Below, piece after piece: positions 8,901 to 18,166 of a stretch of DNA of 50,152 nucleotides. The stretch comes from Candidatus Micrarchaeota archaeon. GTDB lineage: Archaea; Micrarchaeota; Micrarchaeia; Anstonellales; Bilamarchaeaceae. The stretch lies in the NCBI GenBank assembly GCA_032123335.1, contig JAQBFN010000042.1, positions 1-50,152 of the forward strand, written 5' to 3'. The notes under the pieces are model-generated. The model was not told where the DNA came from and made no database searches. It was given only the letters and a program-made list of their open reading frames with translations. The translations under genes were made by a program, and so were the position numbers. Position 1 is the stretch's first letter. The number at the start of each line of letters is the position of its first letter.

Positions 8901-11086
8901 GGAACATCCATATCTGAAATGGAGAGCAATATCCTGGAGAACCTGGCGTGGTGCTCGGGGGTTAGTGCATAAGAATTCAGCTCTCTGAGCGCAAGTTCTT
9001 GAGGAGTTATAACAGCATCAGGCTGGTCGCCCCCATACATCCCATAAATCCTGAACCGTTCTGCAAGAACATCAATTGCATAATCTTTTTCTGTTTCAGA
9101 ACCAAGGAGCAGCTTTTTCTCTATTACGGGGTTTGAGGTATTATGGGGTGCCGCTGCAAGGACAGAAACCAGGAGGCTGGAGTTCCTTCTAGAAGACCAG
9201 TTGTGGCCTGAAACGTGCGGTAATGAGAGTAATGCTGAAACTGCTTTTGTTGAGAGATTTGATTCCTCAAAGTTTGCAAGGGCTGCAAGCTCGAGTACTA
9301 ACTTCTGGGGGGATTCCTCATCTATTTCCAACAGTTTTAGGAGCTCGTATACTGCAAGCGCCCTTTCATGTATCGCAAGCTCTTCGGAAGCAATATCCTC
9401 TAGGTGCCCTCCTGCATCTTCAAGAACTGAGAATATCTTTGCTTCGGGCATGGCAAGGGATTCGGCGATTTCTTCTGCGTCCTCGTCGGTTGTCTCTCCT
9501 GCTTCATCTTCTTCAGGAGCCGGTCCAGGCGCTTGTTCCTGCTCTTTTGCTGTTCTAGGCTCTTCTGCCACCCTCACGCTTTCCAGGGGGTTCCATTCCA
9601 TTGCTTCGAGCTCTTCCCTGGTTACAAAGCCGATTCCATAGATATGAATAAGATCTGCTGGCTCTGCTTCAGGTTCAGATGAAAGCGATTCGGGCGGAGG
9701 AAGCTCTTCTTCCTGCTCTTCTGCTTCTTCAGGTTCTTCCACAGGTGCAGCAGGCTCTTCGCTAAGCGGGCCTCCAAAGAACACTGCTTCGTTTTCAGAG
9801 GTGTCTCCTTCCCCATAAAGGGAAATGAGCCTGTTTGCTATAATGTATTTTTCTTCATCTGCAGAGTCGAGTGCAACATCGTAGTATGCCACAACATTTG
9901 CTTCTACTTCCGGCTGTGCTGCAATTTGCTTTATCCTTTCCAAGAGGTCTTCCCGGGTCTGGGGAACGGAAAGGGATTTCTTTTTTACAAGAAACTCTCT
10001 TCCAATTGGGAGGAGAATCTTGCATGCGAGTATGTTCCTTGTGAGCGCATTTGCTTCGGAAACCTCTGCGTTGGCGATTACCATGGCAGAGTTGAGCAAT
10101 ACGTGTGGGGGCTGGCCTTTGAAGAATGAAAGGCCTATGGATTTGTGGTCTACTGGCTCTTCGGACTGGAGACGGGAAACCCAGGAGGTGGGTTCGAAGA
10201 GCAGTGTTCTTTCGATGTGCACTTTTGATTCTTCCTTGGGGGGCTGGAGGGCTGCCCTGAATTCAGCGTGGAGTTCCTTACGCGGACCACGCCTTTCTTT
10301 TTCGCTTATTTTGCGGATGCGCTTGTAAACCTCGAGCCCAAGGTTAGTAAGATTGTTTTCAGGATCCACTAGGTCTGTTTTAAGATCATCCAGAAATGCT
10401 GCCCTGAACTTGATTCCCCCTTCAAGGGAAACAGATGCTTCGAGTATGTTTGTGGTTGCAGCTGCCTTTTTCTTGGTATTTGGTGCGTCTTTGAGTGAGG
10501 AATGAAGGTAGCCAAACGCCCACATTTCCTTGTTTTCGTTGCCTTCTGATATGGTAAGGAGTTTTGAAATCCTTGATTTGGCACCGATTCCTGTAACGAA
10601 ACCTGCTGAAGGGGATTTGTATGTGATGGCCAATTCGCCCAACGCACATGCTGAAGATATTGGTCCCCCTATTTCTGCATCATCATAATAGCCATTAAAC
10701 TGGTTGATATAGCCAAATGTTTCCTGGCGGACACTCATCATTGATTTCCAGAGGGACTGGGACATTGCACCTTCCATAAGTATTGAATTAAGGTCACGCG
10801 CCAGTTGTTCGGCCTCATTCATTATTGTGGGGGCGGCAGCGAGGAGGATCTTGTATTTCTGCTCGGCTGCGAGGTCGGTGCCAGCACCTATTTTAGTGGT
10901 TTTGAGCGCCATTATTGCTTGCGCTGCCTTCTTTGTGTATCCATGCTTGAGAATTGTTTTCTTTGCCTTGTCCGCTGCGTCTGTGGATGCAGGTTTTCCG
11001 CCTTTCCAGGAGAAGTGGAGTTCCTTCAGAGCCTTGTCAAAATCTGGGGCATCTTCGAAGACCTTACCTTTACTATGACTAGTCAT
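5993..11086 (-). CDS. 1697-aa acidic alpha-helical protein with HEAT-like repeats, function unknown
   Basis: Long ORF with host-like codon bias; Glu/Pro-rich linker around aa 440-545; recurring HEAT-like units (VRSNVYDALE, VKLAALNLL, VAVRAAEVA, VRQRVADAI). Confidence 0.7.
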   Translation of the reverse strand: MTSHSKGKVFEDAPDFDKALKELHFSWKGGKPASTDAADKAKKTILKHGYTKKAAQAIMALKTTKIGAGTDLAAEQKYKILLAAAPTIMNEAEQLARDLNSILMEGAMSQSLWKSMMSVRQETFGYINQFNGYYDDAEIGGPISSACALGELAITYKSPSAGFVTGIGAKSRISKLLTISEGNENKEMWAFGYLHSSLKDAPNTKKKAAATTNILEASVSLEGGIKFRAAFLDDLKTDLVDPENNLTNLGLEVYKRIRKISEKERRGPRKELHAEFRAALQPPKEESKVHIERTLLFEPTSWVSRLQSEEPVDHKSIGLSFFKGQPPHVLLNSAMVIANAEVSEANALTRNILACKILLPIGREFLVKKKSLSVPQTREDLLERIKQIAAQPEVEANVVAYYDVALDSADEEKYIIANRLISLYGEGDTSENEAVFFGGPLSEEPAAPVEEPEEAEEQEEELPPPESLSSEPEAEPADLIHIYGIGFVTREELEAMEWNPLESVRVAEEPRTAKEQEQAPGPAPEEDEAGETTDEDAEEIAESLAMPEAKIFSVLEDAGGHLEDIASEELAIHERALAVYELLKLLEIDEESPQKLVLELAALANFEESNLSTKAVSALLSLPHVSGHNWSSRRNSSLLVSVLAAAPHNTSNPVIEKKLLLGSETEKDYAIDVLAERFRIYGMYGGDQPDAVITPQELALRELNSYALTPEHHARFSRILLSISDMDVPQESLMYYLKHSREANPEGIDSVLLDTLNSYRSQMPGNIFPSTSEEYYTKEEASIAEEFLHYLGRGDESQREISIAAAISNMDSPAAAEFALQRLHDSEEEEHTTAWAVVLQQSKALETDTMIMDTFPKLEPEKQAAAITALHRRELTHTNAEFILEASHSKNTAVAIAAERALIDMDLSAIPPEKEFTILYGMRNHPNEALSDLAKERLQLFLSEVEVIPAVENIEGLSNIFIDDKDPKLRELAREALLANPGEFLINIETEHLFSSLGKDPTASTLSMYEIARQMRSKEVDCKAVSAAVEEFERQNNFISLTQLMNAAYTSGEKEHAERVLVPCLGMDEAVSQMAADFLLNIGEDGTSILLDATKRENHPDNITIEGMKRISDKSLRLLLETGRYGLLVPLTGDHSRAVRSNVYDALEAAPNSSEKTDALLTALSSENNKVKLAALNLLPMQETYLDRIIGLVEDETKEVAVRAAEVAASLMTPERLIVFLAHDHTSEIVRQRVADAILQNHPEKLDELSAHLEKEDTILLTDRNTVLSTLRFFQHPKSLHQFFKFRDNAAEDEVATIDNALSYFCKTLSGTTSDRMEEPTEEDMYLLLEAYTRFDQEEIRNTILEIAEGPSAERMFNAALSSKDPDLLLSAIDIFLLSGNVHYAMQAAHELKGAEPESLTLPLEKPYQQILFGGQLNKMAEIVSPVEEPGADPIPYRFLKEAVITEFLHGRGSTESADLFLEFMGTFGDMEGFFDHGLKSISELLWASRADPDIDYDAARKLPDRLPQNQVAEAQILLDVLMLGTYGRLDKTPSKEVRNILVEHGLRRMVEALEGTWLKPDSEKENSMKSFVLLAELRERGLVDEKTIHSLADPQHPIVCALGASTEWWDEETVSKGLEMLEEVRAGIREANSTARKLKKMREELGPMHTEEISSEQILAAARVLERLRIPPPAREGKSIQPKRPERGPSTIPPKK

Positions 11087-11222
11087 AGTCTAGTATATGT
11101 GTCAGATTATGTTTATAAACCTATTGTAAAGTTGTTCAATGGACCACAGGCAGGATTTTGGGGTTTTTTGCGGTGGTTTAATTTATAAATTATTGGTGAG
11201 AATAGACGGTTGAGGTGTGCAA

Positions 11223-11966
11223 ATGAAAATTACTATGGAGGAAGCTCCGGCACTAAAGGATGCTATTGAAGCGGTTGTAAACCTTGTTGAAGAAGGTGTA
11301 TTTGAGATTGGGGAAGCTGGGCTGAGCCTAAAGGCAATGGACCCATCACAGATATCAATGGTTGCATTTAACATGCCAAAAAGCATGTTCAGTGAGTATG
11401 TTGTGGGGGACCACAAGAGAATTGGGGTGGATATTGGAAAGCTGGCAAGGGTGCTGGCAAGGGGAAACTCCGGGGAAAGCGTTGAGCTGGAAGTGGATGA
11501 AGGAAGGCTCAGCATTACGTTTAGGGGAAAGAAAAGGAAAAGGGAATTCAAGATTCCATTGCTGGACCTTGGGGAGGGACTGGAAAGGGAGCCCAAGATT
11601 GAGTACAAAAATAAGGTAGTTATCCGGGCGGATGCGCTCAGGGAAGTGCTGAAGGATGCAAAGCTAATCAGCACCCACATCAGCTTCGTGCTTGGAGGGA
11701 AAACCCTCAAGGTAGAGGTAAAGGGGGATGATGGGGAGATAAAGGAAGAATTCGAGAAAGAGGGAGATGAGTTGAAGGAGATTGTGGTGGAAGGGGAAGC
11801 AAGAGCCACATATCCGTTGAGCTACATGGAAGACATCATCAAGGGGAGCAAATCAGATACAGACATAACGCTCTATATCGAATCGGACAGGCCGCTAAAA
11901 GTGGAGTACAATATCGTGGGTGCGGATGCAAAATATTATCTTGCGCCAAGGATAGAGAACGTGTGA
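11223..11966 (+). CDS. pcn: DNA polymerase sliding clamp PCNA
   Basis: LKAMDPSQISMV and C-terminal YYLAPRIE; GAGGTG ribosome-binding site before ATG 11223. Confidence 0.96.
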   Translation: MKITMEEAPALKDAIEAVVNLVEEGVFEIGEAGLSLKAMDPSQISMVAFNMPKSMFSEYVVGDHKRIGVDIGKLARVLARGNSGESVELEVDEGRLSITFRGKKRKREFKIPLLDLGEGLEREPKIEYKNKVVIRADALREVLKDAKLISTHISFVLGGKTLKVEVKGDDGEIKEEFEKEGDELKEIVVEGEARATYPLSYMEDIIKGSKSDTDITLYIESDRPLKVEYNIVGADAKYYLAPRIENV

Positions 11967-12005
11967 ACGCCGGTTTTATAAAAGTGCGGAACGGAAAAGG
12001 CAGCT

Positions 12006-12305
12006 ATGCCAATGAAAACCGTAAAGACTCATATGGATTATTCTGAAGAGTCAGGCAGGATAGGGATGCTGATACGCATTATCTACTCTTTTGTGCTGCT
12101 TGCTGTTTTTGGAGTCCTTTATGCCACTGTGCTTCCGGTGCTGTGGGTGATACAGGCAGCAGGTATCCTGATTCTGGGGAAGCGGAATGAAACGATACAC
12201 CGGCTGCTGAAAACTGTTGTGCTGTATGGGTCAAGGACGAATTATTATGCATTCCTGCTTATAGATGAAAAGCCGCCTTTGATCCCTGAGATTGAAGAGA
12301 AGTAA
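12006..12305 (+). CDS. Small membrane protein, DUF4389-like
   Basis: Two hydrophobic segments followed by ILILGKRN..H..L...V.Y..R.NYY.FLL.DE.PP, typical of DUF4389. Confidence 0.7.
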   Translation: MPMKTVKTHMDYSEESGRIGMLIRIIYSFVLLAVFGVLYATVLPVLWVIQAAGILILGKRNETIHRLLKTVVLYGSRTNYYAFLLIDEKPPLIPEIEEK

Positions 12306-13553
12306 TCAGTTTCTGGACCGGGAAAAGAGTGCTGCAAAAACAAATGCGAGAGAAAGGGTGATTAGGGGGCAGGGCTCGCTTTCATCCTGCGGGGGCGTGT
12401 ACTCCTCTTCAGGCTCCCCATTAGAGGGGGTTCCCTTTACTATTGTGTGCTCCCCGGTGAGGGTTGTGCCCTGGACAGATATCTGGTAGGGGATGCTGTG
12501 GGAAAACCCGGACTCAAGATCTCCTGTGCTGAGATGGTAAGTGAGGGTTTCAGAGCCCTGGGGAGGGATTGTGAGGATTCGGGTATCCCTGGGGAGAATA
12601 AATTCGGGCATTGAAAGTTCATATGTGGGGGTTACGTACTGGCCTGTGGGGTTGTAGACCACAACCTTCAGGTCATCACCATAAAGGACACTGTGGATGA
12701 AAAGGATCTCTTCAAAGGACTGTTTTTCTGAGGTTTTTACTGTAACCGTGCTGTTGAATATGAATCCCTTTCCCCTTGCAACAAGGATGTCATATACGCC
12801 GCTTTGGTCGTATGAGTAGCTGGCTACAATGTGCCTTGCATCAAGTGCGCCTACCTCGCGGAAAGTGGGGTCTACGGGGACCCAGTTGCCGCCAACCTTG
12901 ACTTCTGCCCATGCGTGTGGCTGCCAGTCGTCTGCGAACGCATAGCCTGAAACAAAGCGGGTTTCAAATCCAAGGGAGCGCACCATGGAAATAAAGAGGT
13001 GGCTGTAGCCTACGCAAACGCCGCGGGGATCCTGGAAAACGGAGGTTGCGGGTGCAGGGTCACCCCAAAAAGAGAGATCATAGCTTATGTATTCGTGGGT
13101 CCAGTCTGCAAGTGCAGCAATTACTTCCAGCTCGGTTTCTTTTTCAGCGGAGAGGGATTTTGCAGCGGAAGAGATTGCATCATCCGGGTTGATGAGCCCT
13201 GTGCTCTCCATTTCGTGGGGCTCAAAAGGGGCGTTGGACTGGATGGTGATGGGATAGGATGAGCGGACGAGGGCAGTTGCTGTGATTATTTTTCCCCCGG
13301 TGAATTCCTCATCGTTGAAGATCACCCGGATTGTGCCATTGCTGTTTTCGAATTCTGCACCATCATCAGTCAGGTTTATCTGGAGGATTTTCTGGTGCTC
13401 ATTCTCAATGAGGAATGTGCCGTTGAGAGTTACATCTGTAATTGTTTCATTTGTGAAAAGGTACCAGGTTTTTTCTATCTCGACAACCACTTCTCCTGCG
13501 GAGAATGAGAATAATGGAAGGATAAAAAGTAAAATAAGGAAAAAGATTCTCAT
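12306..13553 (-). CDS. Secreted transglutaminase-like domain protein with C-terminal membrane anchor
   Basis: Signal peptide; GVCVGYSHLF, HAWAEV and WVPVDPT give a Cys-His-Asp triad; C-terminal hydrophobic tail. Confidence 0.88.
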   Translation of the reverse strand: MRIFFLILLFILPLFSFSAGEVVVEIEKTWYLFTNETITDVTLNGTFLIENEHQKILQINLTDDGAEFENSNGTIRVIFNDEEFTGGKIITATALVRSSYPITIQSNAPFEPHEMESTGLINPDDAISSAAKSLSAEKETELEVIAALADWTHEYISYDLSFWGDPAPATSVFQDPRGVCVGYSHLFISMVRSLGFETRFVSGYAFADDWQPHAWAEVKVGGNWVPVDPTFREVGALDARHIVASYSYDQSGVYDILVARGKGFIFNSTVTVKTSEKQSFEEILFIHSVLYGDDLKVVVYNPTGQYVTPTYELSMPEFILPRDTRILTIPPQGSETLTYHLSTGDLESGFSHSIPYQISVQGTTLTGEHTIVKGTPSNGEPEEEYTPPQDESEPCPLITLSLAFVFAALFSRSRN

Positions 13554-15874
13554 GCCTTTAATCGCCTCACGTGCTCCATGCGGCGCTTTATGAGGTCTTT
13601 GGTTCCGATGTCTTTCCTGTGCCAGAGCGGGCCCTTTACAAAAGACATTGCATCCTCAGCTGCCTTTTCTGCGTCCTCAAGCGTTTCTGCCTGGGCAACA
13701 AGAGCGGCTGTCCTGGAGGTGGTTGTGTAAACCGTCCCGTCCTTTTCATATACTGAGCCGAAATAGAGTTTAGTTCCTGTGTTCCAAAGGCCTTCTTTAT
13801 CTATGGAAATGGGCTGGTCGGCTTTGCCCTCGGTGGGGTAGCCTTCGGGAACGAGATACTTTACAACTGTGCAGTTGTTGCTGAAGCTGACGGGGATGAG
13901 CTTTCCTTCAGCCATTGAAAGGAAAACCTCTGAAAGCTGGGTTTTGAGAAGGGCAAGGACGTTCATTGCCTCGGGGTCTCCGAACCTTGCGTTGAATTCA
14001 ATTACCTTTATGCCGTTTTTTGTGAGCATGAACTGGCCATAGAGGATGCCCGTGAATGGGTTGCCTTCATTTTTCATTTCGGCCAGGGTTTTCTGCATTA
14101 TGCCCTTGGCTTCTTCCAGGTCTTTTTGCTCAAGGAATGGGAGGAGCTTGCCCGTGGAATAGCTTCCCATGCCCCCAGTATTTCCACATATGGCTACTCT
14201 TAGGTTCCTTCTAACAATTATGAAACCTGTAGAAACGGTGACACAACCAATATATCCTGAGTATTCGTAAGTGTGGATGTCCTTTTTACGAATAGATGTT
14301 TTTTGTTTTTTGTTTATTTCGATGGAATATACTGGTCTTGCTCGATATTCTTTGCCAGTTAGAGGACTAATCATTTTTTTTCGTTTATCGATTGTAACAA
14401 CCCCCACCTTTCCAATTTTTAGGATTAGTTCTTGAATACCGCCAATCAGTTGTTTTGAGTTTGTGTGGAACCGCATCTGCCCCCGATGAGTGCTCCCGTC
14501 TCCTAAATGGAATGTCTTGAGGAAACGTAGGATTTGTTCCTGTTTAGAATTTTTAATATAATCAGGCACGAATTTCTCATAGGATTTACCAAATCCACTC
14601 AAACATTCCATCAGTTGCCCTGAATTAATTCGGAACTTGTTGTCATTGTAGCTAACTTCAAATGGAAGTTTTTCTAGGATGTTTTTCATCTTTGAAAAGT
14701 TTTTGGATTTTTTAGTTTGGCAAATATAGGCCCGCTTTCCACCTGATTTAGAATTAGAAACATATCCTTCGGATAGAAATAAACCTAAAAATTCTATCCA
14801 ATCATCAAATTTTATTTTAATGGATTTGCTCTTTGGACCATATCGATTAGTGGATTTGGGCAGCGTAAAATATTTTCTTGAGGTGCCAATCCAATTGCCT
14901 GTTTGAGGAATGAATTTTTCCCCTTTCCAATTCTGAGCTTCAATAACTTGGAATTTGGAGTTTTTCCCCTTTCGGTTTTCCACCAACATTCTGTGATTAG
15001 GAGTGACAAGCAAGTCAATTTCTCGGTGTTTAAAATTAATCATTTTGCCTCGGTATTTTTTCCAATAAATCTCTTTTGGCTTCTCAAACCTTATTCTTTT
15101 GAATCTGGGCTGGAATATTGCAACAACATCTGTTTTTTTCAGGGCACCGAAGGTTTTCCAACCCTCAGTCGTAAGTATTTCCGTATCTTCTGAATAACAA
15201 TTCGGGCCGGAATCTCCTTCGAATGCGCGCTTGTGGTCCTGGACGGGGGGCATGAGCGCGAGGCTTGTGCCGTCGCAGAATGCCTGGAGGGTGAATTCCT
15301 CCCCATCCAATCGCTCCTCAATAAGCACGTTGCCGTCTTTTTCTATGAGCTCGGAGCAGTAATCAAGGATTTCCTGGTCGGATTTGAGGTGCTCGCCGGA
15401 AATTTTTACGCCTTTCCCCCCAGTAAGGCCAAGGGGCTTGATTGCAACATTCCCGATTTCGGAAATTGCTTCCTTTGCCTCATCAAGAGAGGATGCGATT
15501 TTGATTGCGGGGCATCCGGGGATTTCCTTTGTGCGCATGAGGTTGCGCGCATATCCTTTGTCCCATTCAATCATTGCGGCTTTTTTGAGGGGGGAGGCGC
15601 AGGGGATGCCCAAATCCGCGAAAGTGTCGGTTACTCCCTGGGCAAGAAGGCCATCGGGGCTTACAAATGCAACATCTATTCCCTTGGATTTTGCCCACTG
15701 GCCGACTACGGAAGAATCGGAGGGGTCATGGATAAGGAACTCCTCGGAAAGGGAGGCAATGCCCGGGTGCTTCTTGGGCATTATCGAATATAATGATGCG
15801 CTCTTTGAAAGCTGCTCGGCAATTATGTGCTCCCTGGCGCCTGTGCCTACAAGCAAAACTTTCATGTCAGTCAC
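13550..15874 (-). CDS. purD: Phosphoribosylamine-glycine ligase interrupted by an intein
   Basis: VLLVGTGAREH, IKPLGLTGGKGV, QDHKRAFEGD, GPN|TGGMG split by a 340-aa insert, EFNARFGDPE. Confidence 0.96.
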   Translation of the reverse strand: MTDMKVLLVGTGAREHIIAEQLSKSASLYSIMPKKHPGIASLSEEFLIHDPSDSSVVGQWAKSKGIDVAFVSPDGLLAQGVTDTFADLGIPCASPLKKAAMIEWDKGYARNLMRTKEIPGCPAIKIASSLDEAKEAISEIGNVAIKPLGLTGGKGVKISGEHLKSDQEILDYCSELIEKDGNVLIEERLDGEEFTLQAFCDGTSLALMPPVQDHKRAFEGDSGPNCYSEDTEILTTEGWKTFGALKKTDVVAIFQPRFKRIRFEKPKEIYWKKYRGKMINFKHREIDLLVTPNHRMLVENRKGKNSKFQVIEAQNWKGEKFIPQTGNWIGTSRKYFTLPKSTNRYGPKSKSIKIKFDDWIEFLGLFLSEGYVSNSKSGGKRAYICQTKKSKNFSKMKNILEKLPFEVSYNDNKFRINSGQLMECLSGFGKSYEKFVPDYIKNSKQEQILRFLKTFHLGDGSTHRGQMRFHTNSKQLIGGIQELILKIGKVGVVTIDKRKKMISPLTGKEYRARPVYSIEINKKQKTSIRKKDIHTYEYSGYIGCVTVSTGFIIVRRNLRVAICGNTGGMGSYSTGKLLPFLEQKDLEEAKGIMQKTLAEMKNEGNPFTGILYGQFMLTKNGIKVIEFNARFGDPEAMNVLALLKTQLSEVFLSMAEGKLIPVSFSNNCTVVKYLVPEGYPTEGKADQPISIDKEGLWNTGTKLYFGSVYEKDGTVYTTTSRTAALVAQAETLEDAEKAAEDAMSFVKGPLWHRKDIGTKDLIKRRMEHVRRLKA
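14180..15199 (-). mobile_element. 340-aa intein with LAGLIDADG homing endonuclease inside purD
   Basis: Starts with Cys (CYSEDTEILT), block B TPNH, two LAGLIDADG-like helices (FLGLFLSEG, FLKTFHLGDG), ends ...VAICGN before extein Thr; segment is visibly more AT-rich than its flanks. Confidence 0.93.
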
Positions 15875-16025
15875 CTTTGAATAGTTGGGAAAATGTTTTC
15901 ATGAATGTGGAAACAAATCCTGCCTCAGGCTCTTTTATGATTTCAAATGATTTGTATTTGGGGAAGTTCTTGACTACTGCGAAATTGTAAAGTTCCTTCC
16001 TCTTGGGAGTTTTTGGCGGCATTTG

Positions 16026-16724
16026 CTAGGACCTCCTCTTTATGTACCCGTTCTTTATGAGTTGATTGAGGCCTTCCTCAACACGGCCTACGGGAGTGGC
16101 ATTTATCTTGGAGAAATCATAGATATTGATTTCTCCATCGTGGGTCCTTATCCATTCAAAGAGGCGTTCCTGGAGAACTTCATCATTCACACCTTCCATC
16201 TTCTTGAGCTTTTCACCGAGCTCCTCGTTCCTGCGCTCAGCCTCTATCAGGATGCGGGCATTCTGCTCACTGGAGCGCACCAGGTCCTTGTACTTTTTAT
16301 CCAGGGAAACGTGCTTGGTCTTTAGGGTGTTTAGCTCGGAAATGGCTTCGAGCTTTTCCTTGTCCAGTGCATCGGAAAGGGAGTTCAGGAGTGCGTAGTA
16401 GAAGGGGTATACTGAGGAAACTGATACCTCATAGTGTGTTGCGATCATGCGGAAAAGGTTTAGTGAAAGCAGGCCCATTTCAAGGCTGCGGGCAACCCTC
16501 CTTTGGGGGGAAGGAAGCAGGTAGCGGATGAGGATTGATGTGGGGGCGAGCTCTATTTTGTAGAATAGGTATGGCTTGCCGGAGAGGTCTTCAGACTCTA
16601 CTTTTTCAACTACTAATGTGTCCTTGGTGTAGCTTATTTTGCTGAAACCAAGGGAGCCAAGCATGGGGGTAAGGTCCTTGAGGGGCTTGGTTCGTTTTGC
16701 CTTTATCTTGATTATCTCTTCCAT
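16026..16724 (-). CDS. Hypothetical protein with central coiled coil and probable C-terminal winged helix; last gene of the VirB-like operon
   Basis: Start overlaps the ATPase stop; heptad-rich middle; LFEWIRTHDGEINIYDFS...VEEGLNQLIKNGYIKR fits a wHTH pattern. Confidence 0.6.
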   Translation of the reverse strand: MEEIIKIKAKRTKPLKDLTPMLGSLGFSKISYTKDTLVVEKVESEDLSGKPYLFYKIELAPTSILIRYLLPSPQRRVARSLEMGLLSLNLFRMIATHYEVSVSSVYPFYYALLNSLSDALDKEKLEAISELNTLKTKHVSLDKKYKDLVRSSEQNARILIEAERRNEELGEKLKKMEGVNDEVLQERLFEWIRTHDGEINIYDFSKINATPVGRVEEGLNQLIKNGYIKRRS

Positions 16725-18166
16725 TATACTCCCTCCTCTTCCAGCTTGAGGTCAACAACCCCCTTGGTTGCGCGCCTCCGCCTTGTAAGCGAGAATACTT
16801 CCACTATGAACTTTTCTTCAACGCCCAGCTGGCGGAGGAAAGTCATGATGGAGGTGTGTGAGTATCCGAATTTTTCCAGGAGCGCAACGATGGCTGAGGC
16901 TTCAAGCACTCCATCTCCTCGGCCGAATTCAACCTTTACCAGGTTTATCTGCTCGTCCGTGAGGCCCAATTCATAAAGCATTCTTGAAAACTGTTCCCTT
17001 TCTACTTCGATCGTCATTTTGCCCACCTTTATGGTGTAAACGAAGAGGGGTTCCTCTCCATCTATTTTGTCAAGAAGAAATGTGTGAGCGCGCTCTGAGC
17101 GCTCTGAGAAAATCATGTTTACTGCGGCATCCCCAACTCCAAACGTGGAGATTGCATCATCGATGTACTGGGAATAGTTGAGTGAGTTGCGGATGTAATC
17201 CTTGTATTCGCGCAGCACCAGGCGGAGCACGAACATTGTGCCAACGTTTGAGATGATTGTCTTATGCATGTCGGTGGGGTTCTGGGACGCGACAATGAGG
17301 CTGAAATTATATTTTCGGCCTTCCCGGACAATTGTGATTACGTCGCTGCGGTCATCGTTTGCAATTTTCCAGGCCTCATCAACCACTACGAAAAGCTTGA
17401 TTCCCTTTGCTTCCTTGAGTTCCTCGCGCCTCATCCGTTCTTTCAGGAACTGGAGGATTGTGAGGCCTGTGAGGGAGCGCATTTCTTCTGTTGGGAGGGA
17501 GTGGAGGTCGATGCATACGAGGCCGGATTCTGCGAGCTTGTCCATCTCAAGCGTGGACTCGCGGGAGAAAAAATCGCTGCCTTCCACGAGAAAGGTTTTG
17601 AGGAGGCGGGATGCGTGCTTTTTCTTCTTTTTGTCAAGGAGCTTTACAAGGTCGAAAAGGGTTGGCTTCTTTACTTTCTCATAGACCTCTTCGAGCCCTT
17701 CCTCAATGTCATATTTTTCATCGGGGAAATTGTGAAGGTCGAGAAGGATTTCAAGTGCAGACATTATTTGCTTGATGCGCTCGGAAGCCTTGAGCCCGGC
17801 CAGGTCAAGGAGATTGAGGGATTCCCGCCCAAGGGAGATTACCCTACCTCCCGCCTGGCGCACCCAGCGGTTATATTCACCTGTCCAGTCCAGTATGATT
17901 GCGTTGGAATCCCATACAAGGGCGGCACGGGTTAGGAATGTTTTTACAAGGTAGGATTTTCCTGCGCCCGTAATTCCTACGATTGCGATATGGGAGTTGA
18001 TGAGCTTGTGGTAGTCCCAAAATACCGGGACGTTGAGCCAGCGGGTTTTCCCTATATATATTCCCTCGGTGGGGTCTGAAAGGAGGAGGGATGGCCTGGG
18101 CTCTGGGGGATGTGTTATGAAAAGGCGCTGTGCCATCTGGCTTGTAAGGTGTTCCCTCAATTCCAT
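16724..18166 (-). CDS. VirB4/HerA/CedB-like ATPase
   Basis: Walker A GITGAGKS, Walker B VVVDEAW, GRKYNFSLIVASQ arginine-finger region, IILD motif after the P-loop. Confidence 0.88.
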   Translation of the reverse strand: MELREHLTSQMAQRLFITHPPEPRPSLLLSDPTEGIYIGKTRWLNVPVFWDYHKLINSHIAIVGITGAGKSYLVKTFLTRAALVWDSNAIILDWTGEYNRWVRQAGGRVISLGRESLNLLDLAGLKASERIKQIMSALEILLDLHNFPDEKYDIEEGLEEVYEKVKKPTLFDLVKLLDKKKKKHASRLLKTFLVEGSDFFSRESTLEMDKLAESGLVCIDLHSLPTEEMRSLTGLTILQFLKERMRREELKEAKGIKLFVVVDEAWKIANDDRSDVITIVREGRKYNFSLIVASQNPTDMHKTIISNVGTMFVLRLVLREYKDYIRNSLNYSQYIDDAISTFGVGDAAVNMIFSERSERAHTFLLDKIDGEEPLFVYTIKVGKMTIEVEREQFSRMLYELGLTDEQINLVKVEFGRGDGVLEASAIVALLEKFGYSHTSIMTFLRQLGVEEKFIVEVFSLTRRRRATKGVVDLKLEEEGV

